A stretch of 61,406 nt of DNA, counting the filler, from Hausera hauseri (lineage: Eukaryota), in the NCBI GenBank assembly GCA_046269625.1. It is 10 parts of 10 records of this genome, joined end to end, with 100 filler letters (N's around TTAATTAATTAA, not from the genome) between each part and the next. Parts side by side here need not be neighbours in the genome. Positions count along the whole stretch, not along the records: positions 33,358 to 40,778 come from JBJURY010015566.1; positions 40,879 to 47,805 come from JBJURY010051108.1; positions 47,906 to 52,004 come from JBJURY010763318.1; 7 more parts are not named here. The stretch is one strand, 5' to 3'. Both the position numbers and the translations under genes were made by a program. Below, one piece after another: positions 39,001 to 50,200 of this stretch; within the stretch, counting starts at the first letter, position 1; every line of letters begins with the position of its first letter. A model generated the notes under the pieces. The model saw only the letters and a program-made list of their open reading frames with translations. It had not been told where the DNA came from and made no database searches.

Positions 39001-39181
39001 AGATGAATAATAACATTGCTTAAGTTCTACAGTCTCTAGTACTCAACAACATTCACAGTACCATAATGATAGAGAGTTGCGCATTGATCAAGAATAAACT
39101 TATATTTATAATTATATTATATATTTATATTTATATTATATAAGACAAAAGGAAATTGGAACCTTTTCTGCATTATATATA

Positions 39182-40778
39182 TTAGGGGTATAATATGTGT
39201 ACAGCCACAAATGATCATGGCATATTCAAATGAGTTTTTATATATAAATAAGAGAAGTGAATGTGATTATGTTGTATCTGAGAAAAAACTCTCGCATTGA
39301 CCAACAAGAAATAATGAAATTGGTGCTGATCAAACTAAAGCTATACAATGTTTACAAATGTTATAATGATAAAAAGGCAAAATATGGAAAAGCCATATGC
39401 AGGAAAACTAAGAAAAAGTTAAATTTAGTTCTTTAGTCGTGATTTGTTAATAAAAGCTTTAAATTGACAATTTCCTCAGATATGCAAACAATCTTTTATA
39501 TCCTGTAACACTTTTACTGCTCTTTCAGCGCAAATGTAAGATCTTTGTGTATTTTATAGCGGAAGGAATATCACTCCAAAACTTTTGGATTATACTGATA
39601 GTTGTTGGATAATTACTAATGACTTTCTGCAATTCTTTACCATATTCTGGATGATATATCTAATCGGAAAAACACAGTTCTGCCCACTTTGCAGCAACAA
39701 GCTTTACTGCCACGCCATGTCCTGGTATGTATTCAGGAATCAGTATGTAAGCAAGGAGTAAAAAATTGTTCTCGGGTTCCATCTTGCTTGGCTAATGCTT
39801 CTCAAACTTTTGAAATTTACCATGGGGAATTTATTTTCATTCAAATAGTATTTCACTGCATAAACAATATGAATCAAAAACTGCATGTCATCTCTCCATT
39901 TCAAATCATGCTCCACTGCTGTCAAAATTTGATCTTAGGTTGTCATAATTATTACGGATTATTTGAACAAATTCACAGGAGAGATCAGGTGAGTTTGTGT
40001 GACCTCCAAATGAATCATCCATGTACAACCTTAAAACTCGATCTTACATATGGTGTTGACAGCCAACATAGAAAGGTTTCCCAGGCCAAAATTATCGAAA
40101 TGTGTCATTAACCTTTTTATCACGCCACTTTTCGCATCTGTTTTAACACATTTTTTATCTGTCACAATCATTGTTAGTAGATCGCGTCTCTACCGTCAAT
40201 TTAGCCCACAATTCTAAGCATTCTTATGATATTATTTTAGTTGGGTATTTATATATACCTATAGTGCAACATATTGTGTGTGCGAGATTCAAAAAAATGA
40301 GTAGACATTATTTAGTTCGTGTATAAATATCTGTCCGACCGACGTTATCTGTCGAACATCTTAATAATATCGAAATATTACAACGTTACATAAAAAACGT
40401 TAAATAAATTCTGCAACATTATTTTCCTCAAAAAGACATGTATATAAAATTTAGATATTATTTTAATTAATTCTTTAACGTGTTTATAGTCTGACGCCAG
40501 GCTGGTACATCTGTTTATTATTTGCCATTTTATAGGCATTTCACATAAGCTAGCTAATGATTCTTGAGTTGTATTTTTCCTTGATCGTTTATTCTTCTCG
40601 AAATGAACCAAATTATTTTCCGTGATTCTTTGGCCTCACTCCTTGCAATAGAATTTTTGTTTGGCATCTGGAAACCGTAAACAAATGCAGCAATTAAAAT
40701 ATTCAAATTAAGTATCGAGTGAAAACTAATGATTTACAAAAGATAATCTGAGAAAATAAATTTAACTTTTAAACAAAT
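39182..40778 (-). mobile_element. Second hATm-like copy (3' TIR at 39182-39306, internally deleted transposase)
   Basis: TIR starts TTAGGGGTATAA. Transposase remnants WRDDMQFL, ISQARWN and CAERAVK. Confidence 0.7.
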
Positions 40779-41174
40779 NNNNNNNNNNNNNNNNNNNNNN
40801 NNNNNNNNNNNNNNNNNNNNNNTTAATTAATTAANNNNNNNNNNNNNNNNNNNNNNNNNNNNNNNNNNNNNNNNNNNNTATTGTGTTCGTTGAAACTGCC
40901 TACTGCCCTTACTAATGGTTTCTTCAATCTCAATCACCACCCTATCGCTATTAATCTTTCAACAGACCCAATGCTAATAATTCGCCTAAGTGAACAGTTA
41001 TTACATACCACTACTATCCCCACATATACTTCACCACTAGTACAAGCCCATCTACTTAGACAGTTGTATAATCTATTAACCAGTTCATTGTATATCGAAG
41101 ACACCAACAATATGAATCATAATATCATTGAGTTAAATCTCAATTAATTTCATTTATATTCAGATCTACCGGAA

Positions 41175-42449
41175 TGCATGTTCTGCAGAGCTATTATCCC
41201 TGAAGTGTACAGATTAACACCCTGCCTACATATGGTTTGTTTATTTTGTGTGGAACAAGTCCGAGTACGAGCCCATCCTACACCATACTGCCCTGTTTGT
41301 ACATATGAAATCAAATATTGTATTCATCATAATGCATACCCATCCGACGCCGATCAATCATTACTAGATGCCCAGACCCTTGACGTCATTGAGCCTACGG
41401 ATCATACTACCTATTACTACACCTGGAACATATCCACCCCTTTTTCTATCCCAAATTTTCAACTACACATGTGTTGTCTATGTCAAAAACCTAATAGAAT
41501 AGCCTATCAATTTAGTTGTTGTAATGCTGAGTACTGTGCTCACTGCTATCAGCTAGAATCCCATCATCGATATTTAATCTGCAGTATATGTAACTTTTGC
41601 CCCCAATTTATTTACGCATATTTCCACCATCCAAGAAGAGCCCTCCTTACCATCACTAACACACCAATTCCACAAATACTCCCGACAAGATACTTCCGAC
41701 TAGAACAACAAGCATCAGTTAGAATAGAATTCCCAATTCATAAATTTGACCCCTCTATAATAACCAGACTACCACCGATTGTTCTTCAAACACCTTTACC
41801 TCACATTAATGTTATGACTCTTTTACGACAACCATCTTCAATACCACACCCACGCTATCATCCAGAACAAATTACTAGACCATTACCTGAATTGCCAGTA
41901 CCAGTACCTACAATAATACCCACACCAGCTATTTCTTATAGCCCACCATTACCAATATCTTTACAAGAAGATTGGTTTCCTGTCTTCAGCAAATGTCCAA
42001 TTGATCTTATTTCTGACCTAGCCCCTCCTGACTTATGGGCAACATTACAATCTCACTACTACGACCAACTTCCTACATACGAATGTACTATATGCCTCAC
42101 TGAAAGAGTAACAGTAGTTCAATTTCAATGTAATCACAAACTATGTGCAACCTGTTTCAACAAACTTCGATCCCAATCTCTCAAATCGATCGACCCAGAA
42201 GACGCCCTCCAGATGACTTTTCAGAACGGAATCTCGTGCCCATATTGCAGACAGCCATCAGTCTATTATCATTTCTCCTATACCTACGACAACCGAACCC
42301 AAAGATTATGCCATTGGATGAACCCAGTGAACGACGCGACTTTGACAATCAGACCCCGAAACCTCAGTTTCATCGATGCCAGTACTCAGTGTGATCCGGA
42401 GGACCGAATCCTCTTCAAAAGGGGGAGAAATGTTGAGATACTTTATTGA
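41175..42449 (+). CDS. Triple RING-finger, Pro-rich protein running through the PPT into the LTR
   Basis: CMFC..PCLHMVCLFC..CPVC; CCLC..CCNAEYCAHC..CSIC; CTIC..QCNHKLCATC..CPYC. It is in frame with upstream ORF 40881-41147 across a single TAA. Confidence 0.85.
   Translation, partial: CMFCRAIIPEVYRLTPCLHMVCLFCVEQVRVRAHPTPYCPVCTYEIKYCIHHNAYPSDADQSLLDAQTLDVIEPTDHTTYYYTWNISTPFSIPNFQLHMCCLCQKPNRIAYQFSCCNAEYCAHCYQLESHHRYLICSICNFCPQFIYAYFHHPRRALLTITNTPIPQILPTRYFRLEQQASVRIEFPIHKFDPSIITRLPPIVLQTPLPHINVMTLLRQPSSIPHPRYHPEQITRPLPELPVPVPTIIPTPAISYSPPLPISLQEDWFPVFSKCPIDLISDLAPPDLWATLQSHYYDQLPTYECTICLTERVTVVQFQCNHKLCATCFNKLRSQSLKSIDPEDALQMTFQNGISCPYCRQPSVYYHFSYTYDNRTQRLCHWMNPVNDATLTIRPRNLSFIDASTQCDPEDRILFKRGRNVEILY
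42417..42430 (+). promoter_or_regulatory. Polypurine tract
   Basis: AAAAGGGGGAGAAA immediately followed by TGTTG. Confidence 0.75.
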
Positions 42450-45400
42450 GATACTTTAACAAACTTTAACAAACAGAGATACTTTAACAAACTTTAACAA
42501 ACATCTTTACTTTGAACATTTGATGTCATCTCGACACTTTAACAAACATCTTTCGCTGTGAATATTTGGTGTCATCTTTGAATATTTGTATATACAATTT
42601 TATTTAACTTTCCTATTGCCTCGTTGTTGAGCTTTTTTGATGAGCATGTCTTCCCACTGTCGTTTATAAGTGAATTGTTACCCAAAGAGTTTTGGTGGCT
42701 GGCTGGACAAGAGTGCAAATTGTAAATTGTAAAAGGTAAAAATTTTAATTAGAATGATGCACATAACGGAAACTTCAATCAGGTACACAACGGAAACTTC
42801 AATCAAAATAATGTAAACATAACCTAAACGTTAATGAAAAATGTTGTAAATATATTAATGTAAATATACGCCTTCTGCTGAGAGCCGATAGTGTAATAGT
42901 GTAAACAAAATGAAACAGACGTAAATCTAATAAAGCAAATGGAACATAATGACAATACAAATAATGCGAACGGAAATTAATTTAATCATTGAATTTGAAT
43001 ACAGATGAAACGGTTAAATGAAGCAAACGGAAATCAATTTAAATAATGAATTCGAAAAACTAGACAATGACACACCTTTGGAAAAACCAAAATTTAAAAG
43101 TAAAATTATTACACACCTTTGGAAAAACCGAAATTTTAAAATAGTAATGACGCATTTTAGTATTACACACCTTTGGAAAAACCGAAAATTTAAAATAGGA
43201 ATGACGTATTTTAGAAAACCGGATAATGATTCATAGCGTTACGAGAATAGGTATATAAGCAGACAGTAATTTACAATTCCAACCATTATTAACTGTCAGC
43301 AATCATTGATAAACTTTGAGGTCATTGCGAACCGATTTGACAACTTCAATTCAGATATTTGAAGAAGATCGAAACAAGTTATTCCACAACTACGAGTAAA
43401 TTGTGGTCACTTGAAACAAATACTGAAATTATTCATTTAGTACAATAAGAAATCCTATTGAGTTTCCGAACGAAGATAATTATACATTGACGTCAACTAT
43501 CACCGGACAAGAATCTTATTACAGGATATTGAAGAACCGTTACTACGACAAACCGTTGCTTTATTAAATCAGAAATATAAACATATTATGGCACAACATT
43601 CACTTAATGACCGAGAATCAAATGATGAGATTCCAACCGGTATACCATTTTATATTTTAATAGAAATTTTCATTTTTGCTCACGCCACCTCGAAATTCTT
43701 ACATATGTATACTTGATATTAGTAATGATTTTATAATAATAAATGTTATATACATATTAATTGAAATATATTGCGACGTTGGTGATAATCCACCGTAAAG
43801 ATAGCACTGACGGCGACGAAGTAATTGCCCGATCGAAATTGTGGTGCGTTGAACAGTCGTGGAGTCTCATTATGCCCTCGCTATGAATGACTGCATTATC
43901 GATTTTACCGTGGAAGGACAGCAGGATTAAGTACGGATGGTTCACAATATTCTTGGTCCATGTCAATGATTGAAAAGATTCCCACTGTTTGTATTCAGTG
44001 CAGGGTATCAATCCTAAAACGATTAAACCTACTCGTGGAGTGTATGGAAATGTCTCTAGGACGGTCAGTGATATCATGAGGAAGCCAATGATGGAGCAAA
44101 AAATCCAAGTTATTAACGGATGCCATACTAACGTCAGAAGTTATTTTGAGTGTTTTAGACTGTGGTGATTATATATTTGTTTTACCCATACATGGAGAGT
44201 GACTTATGTTTATATATTTTAGTAGATGAATTAATTGTTAGATTTAACGAATATATGACTCAATAATGAGGTATGCGTTTAGGGATGTCTGATCATTTGA
44301 GAAAGGTTGGTAATTTAAAAATAACTTATCGTTAATTGAGAATGTGTAAATTAATATACTAAAGTGGTAAATGGAGGTAGTACGACTTAAATTACAAGTA
44401 TCCTTCATAGAGAACCAGAATGATAGTCACGGGTAGTAATAAATTATCAAATGGAGAAATTATTTTATAGTTTAAAGAGTTGTTATTATTAACGATGAAT
44501 TACAGTGATGGGTTTTTCCCCTCTTTATTGAGCTGGTGTAACAGGTTTAATGAGTCAATGAATTCACCTTCTAAATGATTTGCTTAGACCAGTACAGTGA
44601 TCATACTTGTTGGGGACATATTCCTTGGATGATTTTATAGTTGATGGTGTTTTGAGGTATGTGTCTCCAAGGCTAGTGTGTTCCGTTGGTAATGAAAAAG
44701 ACTTATTGTAATTCTAAAGGATATTTATTTATACCAATAAACAAAATGTTGCACTGGCTTAATAATAGTATTATGTAAATATTAACGTTCCTTATTTAAT
44801 AGTGTAATGAGTATAAATACTACTACAAAGATTTATGGTTACCTTGTAGATAAACTGCCTTGTAGATAAGTAGAATTCTGGCTGAACTGCATATTACCAG
44901 GATAGAAACTTATAGTCATTGGAACTTTACAGATGACCTCTCGATCACATTTACATTTATTAAGGTACTTGAACAGAACGGAATTAACGAAATTGGGAGG
45001 TTGCTGTGGTAGATTACAGACTGGAAATTACCGATGTTCACCAAAAGGATCAATAAGAAAAACATCCCCTATAAGATGACATTTAATAAGAAACGTGCAG
45101 ATAACTGTTGTATTTTATAGAACATATACTCATAATGGAATTCACGCGTACGCATGTTCGCCTGTATTTGAATAATTCGACTGAGTTTGAGCGTAGCATT
45201 GGATTCATGATAACGATCTGAACTTGTTGTTGAGTCGGCATTTATTTGATGATTGATACGAATACAAACAGATAGATATAGCCTGGGACATGCAAACAAA
45301 TTTAAGTTGTTGGACGTCGATAAACCAGAACGTTTATAGGTTATAATTTAAGAAACTGTAAAGAAACTTTATTAAAATTGATGATTGAAAGACGGATTTG

Positions 45401-45582
45401 CTCTAATATCAAAGGATTGCCTCAGGAAGAAAAATGAATTTTTATATGAAAAGAATAAACTCATATCTGATGATTGACGATTAGCTTATAGGAAAATAAC
45501 GTGACTACACCTTCAGGAAGACATGAAACTTTATATGTGGGTACTTAATTAAGGTTAACAACATTAACCTCTGTACCTAACA
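42431..45582 (+). repeat. Putative long (about 3.15 kb) LTR of family B; alternatively a nested LTR starting at 42842
   Basis: TGTT...AACA termini between a PPT and a PBS. U3-like direct repeats (ACACACCTTTGGAAAAACC x3 at about 43069-43185) precede TATATAAG at about 43253. Confidence 0.6.
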
Positions 45583-45589
45583 TATAAAC

Positions 45590-45607
45590 TGGTGCCCCGA
45601 GTGAGGA
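45590..45607 (+). promoter_or_regulatory. Primer-binding site for elongator tRNA-Met
   Basis: TGGTGCCCCGAGTGAGGA; 17/18 complementary to the animal elongator tRNA-Met 3' end as I recall it (TGGTGCCCCGTGTGAGGA). Confidence 0.8.
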
Positions 45608-45715
45608 ATTTACTCTAGCAAAACCCACTAGTAAAACCACTTTAGCAAAATTATCCTAACATAAATATAAGAAGTATGACAATGACACTGTATAAATGAT
45701 ATTTAATTGTTATAG

Positions 45716-45996
45716 GTAAACTTCAGGTGGAATGCCCGATATGTTTTGAAGAATTGGGCTTGAAATACGCTTTGTTCCGGTGTACACACTACATGTGTAC
45801 ACGGTGTGCGGATACATGGTTGGCAAAACGACAGAACTGTCCCTTCTGTCGCCGTAAGGTAACCAGTTATCGATACTGGAATGCCATAGTCGTCGTATTG
45901 CCCGACGAGGATGAAGAAGAGCCAAGGGTGATCAATGAAGATCCGAACGATTTATATGTAGTGGGTCCCAATGGACTCGTGTATATGGCAATTTAA
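45716..45996 (+). CDS. RING-HC finger module (no ATG; probable spliced exon)
   Basis: CPIC..RCTHYMCTRCADTW..CPFCR; candidate acceptor TTATAG ending 45715; AATAAA at 46000. Confidence 0.8.
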
Positions 45997-46174
45997 TTTA
46001 ATAAAATATTCATTTTTGGCCTTGATGAAGAACAATAGTAGATTATGGGCGGCCCAACGGAATTGGTAATAGGCGATAGGGAGACAATAATTTGATTATG
46101 GTAGTAATAGTAGTATGAAGTCTATCTTAGAAAAAGAATAAATTAAAGAATTAAATGAATTACATTGATTTCAG

Positions 46175-46398
46175 GTTGTATTATCTGCAAGAGATTTCCA
46201 GAAACTTGGGATGAAGAGGAGATTCTCTGCCCTCTATGTTGTTTAGTGGAGAAATTGAATCAACCAGAGGATTTATTTGAATGCGGTCGTTGCAGGGAGG
46301 AAACTAACCTGGGCTTAATGACCATGGATGAAGATTGTTGTTTACTATGTCCTATCTGCGCCCTATCGTATATGACTTGGAAGAAATTGATAAATTGA
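46175..46398 (+). CDS. Cys-rich tandem zinc-finger module (probable spliced exon)
   Basis: CIIC..CPLC..CGRC..CPIC; candidate acceptor TTTCAG ending 46174. Confidence 0.55.
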
Positions 46399-46613
46399 TT
46401 AATTTATGAAATATGTAATGAAAGTAAATTGATTATTGTACCTCGCGAAATTTGGTTTTGTGTCTCATATGTGCCCTAACAGGTGGAATCGTGGATCTGT
46501 GAATGATTATAATATGATACATTTTAACATATAGAAGTCGTTTTATTAGAAGGACTTATTATTGTTAGTAAATGAATATAGAAAATACTTGGAATAAACT
46601 ATTACCATTTAAG

Positions 46614-47074
46614 GAAACGGAAACAGAAATGGAAGTGGAAATGAAGACAGAGTGGAACCAGAAAAATGCCCCATCTGCCTTGAAGAACTGATGGAGGAAA
46701 GGACCACATTGCCCTGCAAGCATAGCTACTGCAGTTCCTGTATCAACATCTGGTTGGGGGAACACAACAATTGCCCTTGCTGTAGAAGAACTTGCACATT
46801 TTGTTGGGTGTGCTCCAAATTAGTAGCAGACGATTTGGCCACTCTATCGTGCAGGTATATATTTTGCCGGTCATGCATTCTCGAATATCTGGCGTGTTGT
46901 CGAATGTGCCCCTACTGCCTGGAAACGGTAGACTTTTACGTCATGGAAGGAATTATTACATACTTGAATGTCGACAACCGCCCATCCATAGTGCTAGTGA
47001 TTGATGAGGACGACGGCAGTTGGCCAGAGGCGTGGAGAAACCCGCAGCCCTATACAATATTAGACATAGTTTAG
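46614..47074 (+). CDS. Double RING-finger module (probable spliced exon)
   Basis: CPIC..LPCKHSYCSSCINIW..CPCCR then CWVC..SCRYIFCRSC..CPYC; candidate acceptor TTTAAG ending 46613; AATAAA at 47090. Confidence 0.82.
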
Positions 47075-47148
47075 AATTAAATTATTATTAATAAAAATTA
47101 ATTGTAGTAAATCGTTTATTTTTATTATTTTAAAGTTATTTTCCCGAT

Positions 47149-47430
47149 TTGAACTCTATACCCGTATTATCACACGGATTTCAACGAAAAACAATTTATC
47201 ATTACTCAGTTTATAACCCAAATGGAACTTTTACCACAATAGGAAAGGAGTGCGCTATTTGTCTTAGCGATTATTCGACCAAGCCGGTGGAACTAGTTTC
47301 CTGCAGGCATCAGTTTTGTCGCTGTTGCATAAGGGAGTGGTTCCTCAAAAATAACACATGCCCGACGTGCCGTACAACTAATAAATTGTTCTTGTACGAA
47401 TATAAATATTATACAATAAAAAACTTATAA
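47149..47430 (+). CDS. RING-HC finger module (no ATG)
   Basis: CAICL..SCRHQFCRCCIREW..TCPTCR; AATAAA at 47430. Confidence 0.82.
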   Translation: MNSIPVLSHGFQRKTIYHYSVYNPNGTFTTIGKECAICLSDYSTKPVELVSCRHQFCRCCIREWFLKNNTCPTCRTTNKLFLYEYKYYTIKNL

Positions 47431-47473
47431 ATAAAAATTTTGTTTTCGATTTTTGAAGTATAATGCATTATAG

Positions 47474-47805
47474 ATGGAATACAGAAAATAAAAAAATTTG
47501 AACTTCAAACCCCCAGACATTGCAAATATACCAGACCAGCACAACCTAATACACTACAGTATCTGATATATTATCAGAATAGACAACTCGGACCAACAGC
47601 ATTCATTAAAAGACGGACAAGTTACTCCAGAATGACAGTATTGGACAACTCCATGAGAGATACACAGAACAGGAAAATATCATTCCTTGAATATCCAAAT
47701 TCACCTGTTCCAGGGGATTTAGCACAAGTATATGCCAATGCCGGACTATTCCGAACTCCAACGGGACAAATAAAATGCCTATATTGTCAGGGAGAATTCC
47801 AATAT
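47474..47805 (+). CDS. BIR-domain (IAP-like) protein, cut by contig end
   Basis: RKISFLEYP..LAQVYANAGLF..IKCLYCQGEFQY matches the BIR pattern R..TF..WP..LA.AGFY..V.CF.C. The frame is open back to a candidate acceptor TTATAG ending 47473. Confidence 0.72.
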
Positions 47806-48180
47806 NNNNNNNNNNNNNNNNNNNNNNNNNNNNNNNNNNNNNNNNNNNNTTAATTAATTAANNNNNNNNNNNNNNNNNNNNNNNNNNNNNNNNNNNNNNN
47901 NNNNNCACCAATATGGAAGCTGGGAAAGTTTACGCTGATTTGACTTACTTTGTTTTTGATTTTAGCTTATGATGATTAATAAATTTTATTGATTTTTTAT
48001 ATATTGTTTCTCGTCACATTAATTTAAATAGATAAATGTATACGGATAAATTAAATGATAATAAAACAAGGCACAACAACGAACAATATACATAATTTAT
48101 ACAAAACAAACAGATCACAATGAATTGTAGCAGTAATTTTATCTGTCTGTCTGCACCGAATTCTGCATGCGTGTGCGTGT

Positions 48181-50200
48181 TTATTCCAAACGCCAATATC
48201 CGTACGTCCAACTCTTATTTCGCCCTACGCACTTACGATTATCTTCATTGCATGATAAAGTCACTTTTGTATTGTTCGCCGTATACAACTGGTGCTCAAT
48301 CGATCGGATAATCGTTTGTGACACAACAGTCTTTGTCCTTCACAGATACGGCGAAAATAACCGTGGTCGATTTCCGCATTTTCGGTCCACAGTCCGTCTG
48401 AAGACTGCAGCACTTTGCACGTAGGAATATCCATTCCCAATACTGCACACGACCCTCACTTGCATCCTTGAAGCAGCCGATTTTGTTGGTGATCGCGCTG
48501 CTATACAACGGATGATCCGGTGGATAGTTTATACATCCATAACTTGCTTAGGTTTAAAACCACTTGTCCGATGTAACTTGGCCGGTCCAGAACGACTTCT
48601 TCCCGGTTTAGCAGCACCGTAACCAATCAATCGGCAATGCGCACTGAACGCCTGAACTTTGCCTTGTTCGTGTACGTGACCAACCGCTTTTCGCTATTGC
48701 ATAGGCGTACATTGAGCTGCTTTTTCAGATTCTTCACTGTTTTTCCGTACAGTGAATTGTTTTTCCGCCTTTTCGAACTTTGTACAGGCTGCGGCTCGTT
48801 TCTCCTAATTTCTATCTATGTACACCTTGAATATGTGAGCCTGAGCAAATCGGACTGCACGATGCAGCTGTGACGCGTACACGCAGATACATGTTGAACT
48901 GTAGCAGACACCAATGGACCACGTAATTCAGCTTCGGTTCATGTGTCATGAGCAGTTTCTTCACTTTTGAGCCTGACGGACATTAGTTAAATGGTGCTAC
49001 CGGTAAATCGTCCAAAACGTCATGCAGCTCATCTGGTACCACGAGATCGACCTCCATCAGATATCCGACTGAGCCTGCCATGTCTGCTCGTGGTAGGTTG
49101 ACCACTATATTATCCAGATCTTGTCTGTCGACAACCCATTCGGATGAACCGTACGGCAAGGGTTGCGAAAGCGCCCAGCCATACAGGTTATTAATATCAA
49201 TGTACAGCAGTGATGTGATATCGGTAGCACGGACCTGATGCTTGTTGACAAATATCACGCCGTCGCTAATACCAACATCAAACAGCCGGTACATTTTCGG
49301 GTCTTTCAGCAGCTCAATGTCTCGATCTAGTGACATTAGAGCTGACGCCCATCTCATTCCCGGTATGGAATAAAAGTTTAGTGGCTTCAGCCTATCTTCA
49401 GCCAACGCTTTCGCTCGAAACGCCTGGAACACATCGGCTAACAGGTACACGTCCAGGTTAAGATACTGGAGCATGTAATCCAACATGTTTCTACAGCCGA
49501 GTTTTGTCCAAGATTCTTGTGCTGTCTGATATTCAAGTTGTGTTGCCTGTCCATCGCGGCGGTAATTCCTCTGCTGTCCGGAGTCGCTCATATGATGTTA
49601 CAATGTCATATGGAAATATGCCTTTGGTGCGTGCAATGTGTGGGGAACTGCGTTGAGGTTATCGGCACGTCCGGCAAGGCATTTACTAGCTTCGTCAGTG
49701 ATTCATTGGGAAATTGCAATGAATCAAGGAAGCGTACCTGGAACCGGTTCATGCCTGCTGATGGGGACAGATACTTCTGCATTGTTGGGATAATGGACAT
49801 TTCCCAGTGCGGAAATCCGTTGATAGCCCATTTCTGTATATGGTGACAATCATAACCTCGGAAATTATGAAAGATCACCGGTAGGAATGGCTGCAAACGT
49901 CTTGCTAAATTGAATGCGTTGCATGCTGCTCCCAAGTATCGACCGGTAAAAAGGTCGTGATCCGGTACGAGCCGTTCCATTGCGTCAAGCGGTAATATTT
50001 TATGGCACAGATAACATTCCTCTGTCTCTGCAAACGTCAGGTGTTCATCTTCATCTGTTCAAATCAGGGATTTTGAGCTGTTATTCCAATACCACGGTGA
50101 GATTTCCGATTCAACTATTGTTTCCAAATGATGCAGGAATTTATGCACACAGTTCCAGCCGTGAAACATGTAATACTGCGATTGACCTTCAGCTTTTATT
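48181..50200 (-). pseudogene. Polinton pPolB, second copy (internally deleted)
   Basis: IFHNFRGYD, FLDSLQF, LDVYLLADVF, LLYIDINNLYGWA, NNSLYGKT, IGCFKD, YGYWRLE*; homologous to contig 1. Confidence 0.92.

Noticed and set aside
45710-47480. Flatworm spliced-leader AUG supplying the missing start codons
   Set aside because: A leader ending in AUG needs phase-0 acceptors. Most candidates are phase 1 (only CAG at 45726 is phase 0), so it cannot be the general explanation.
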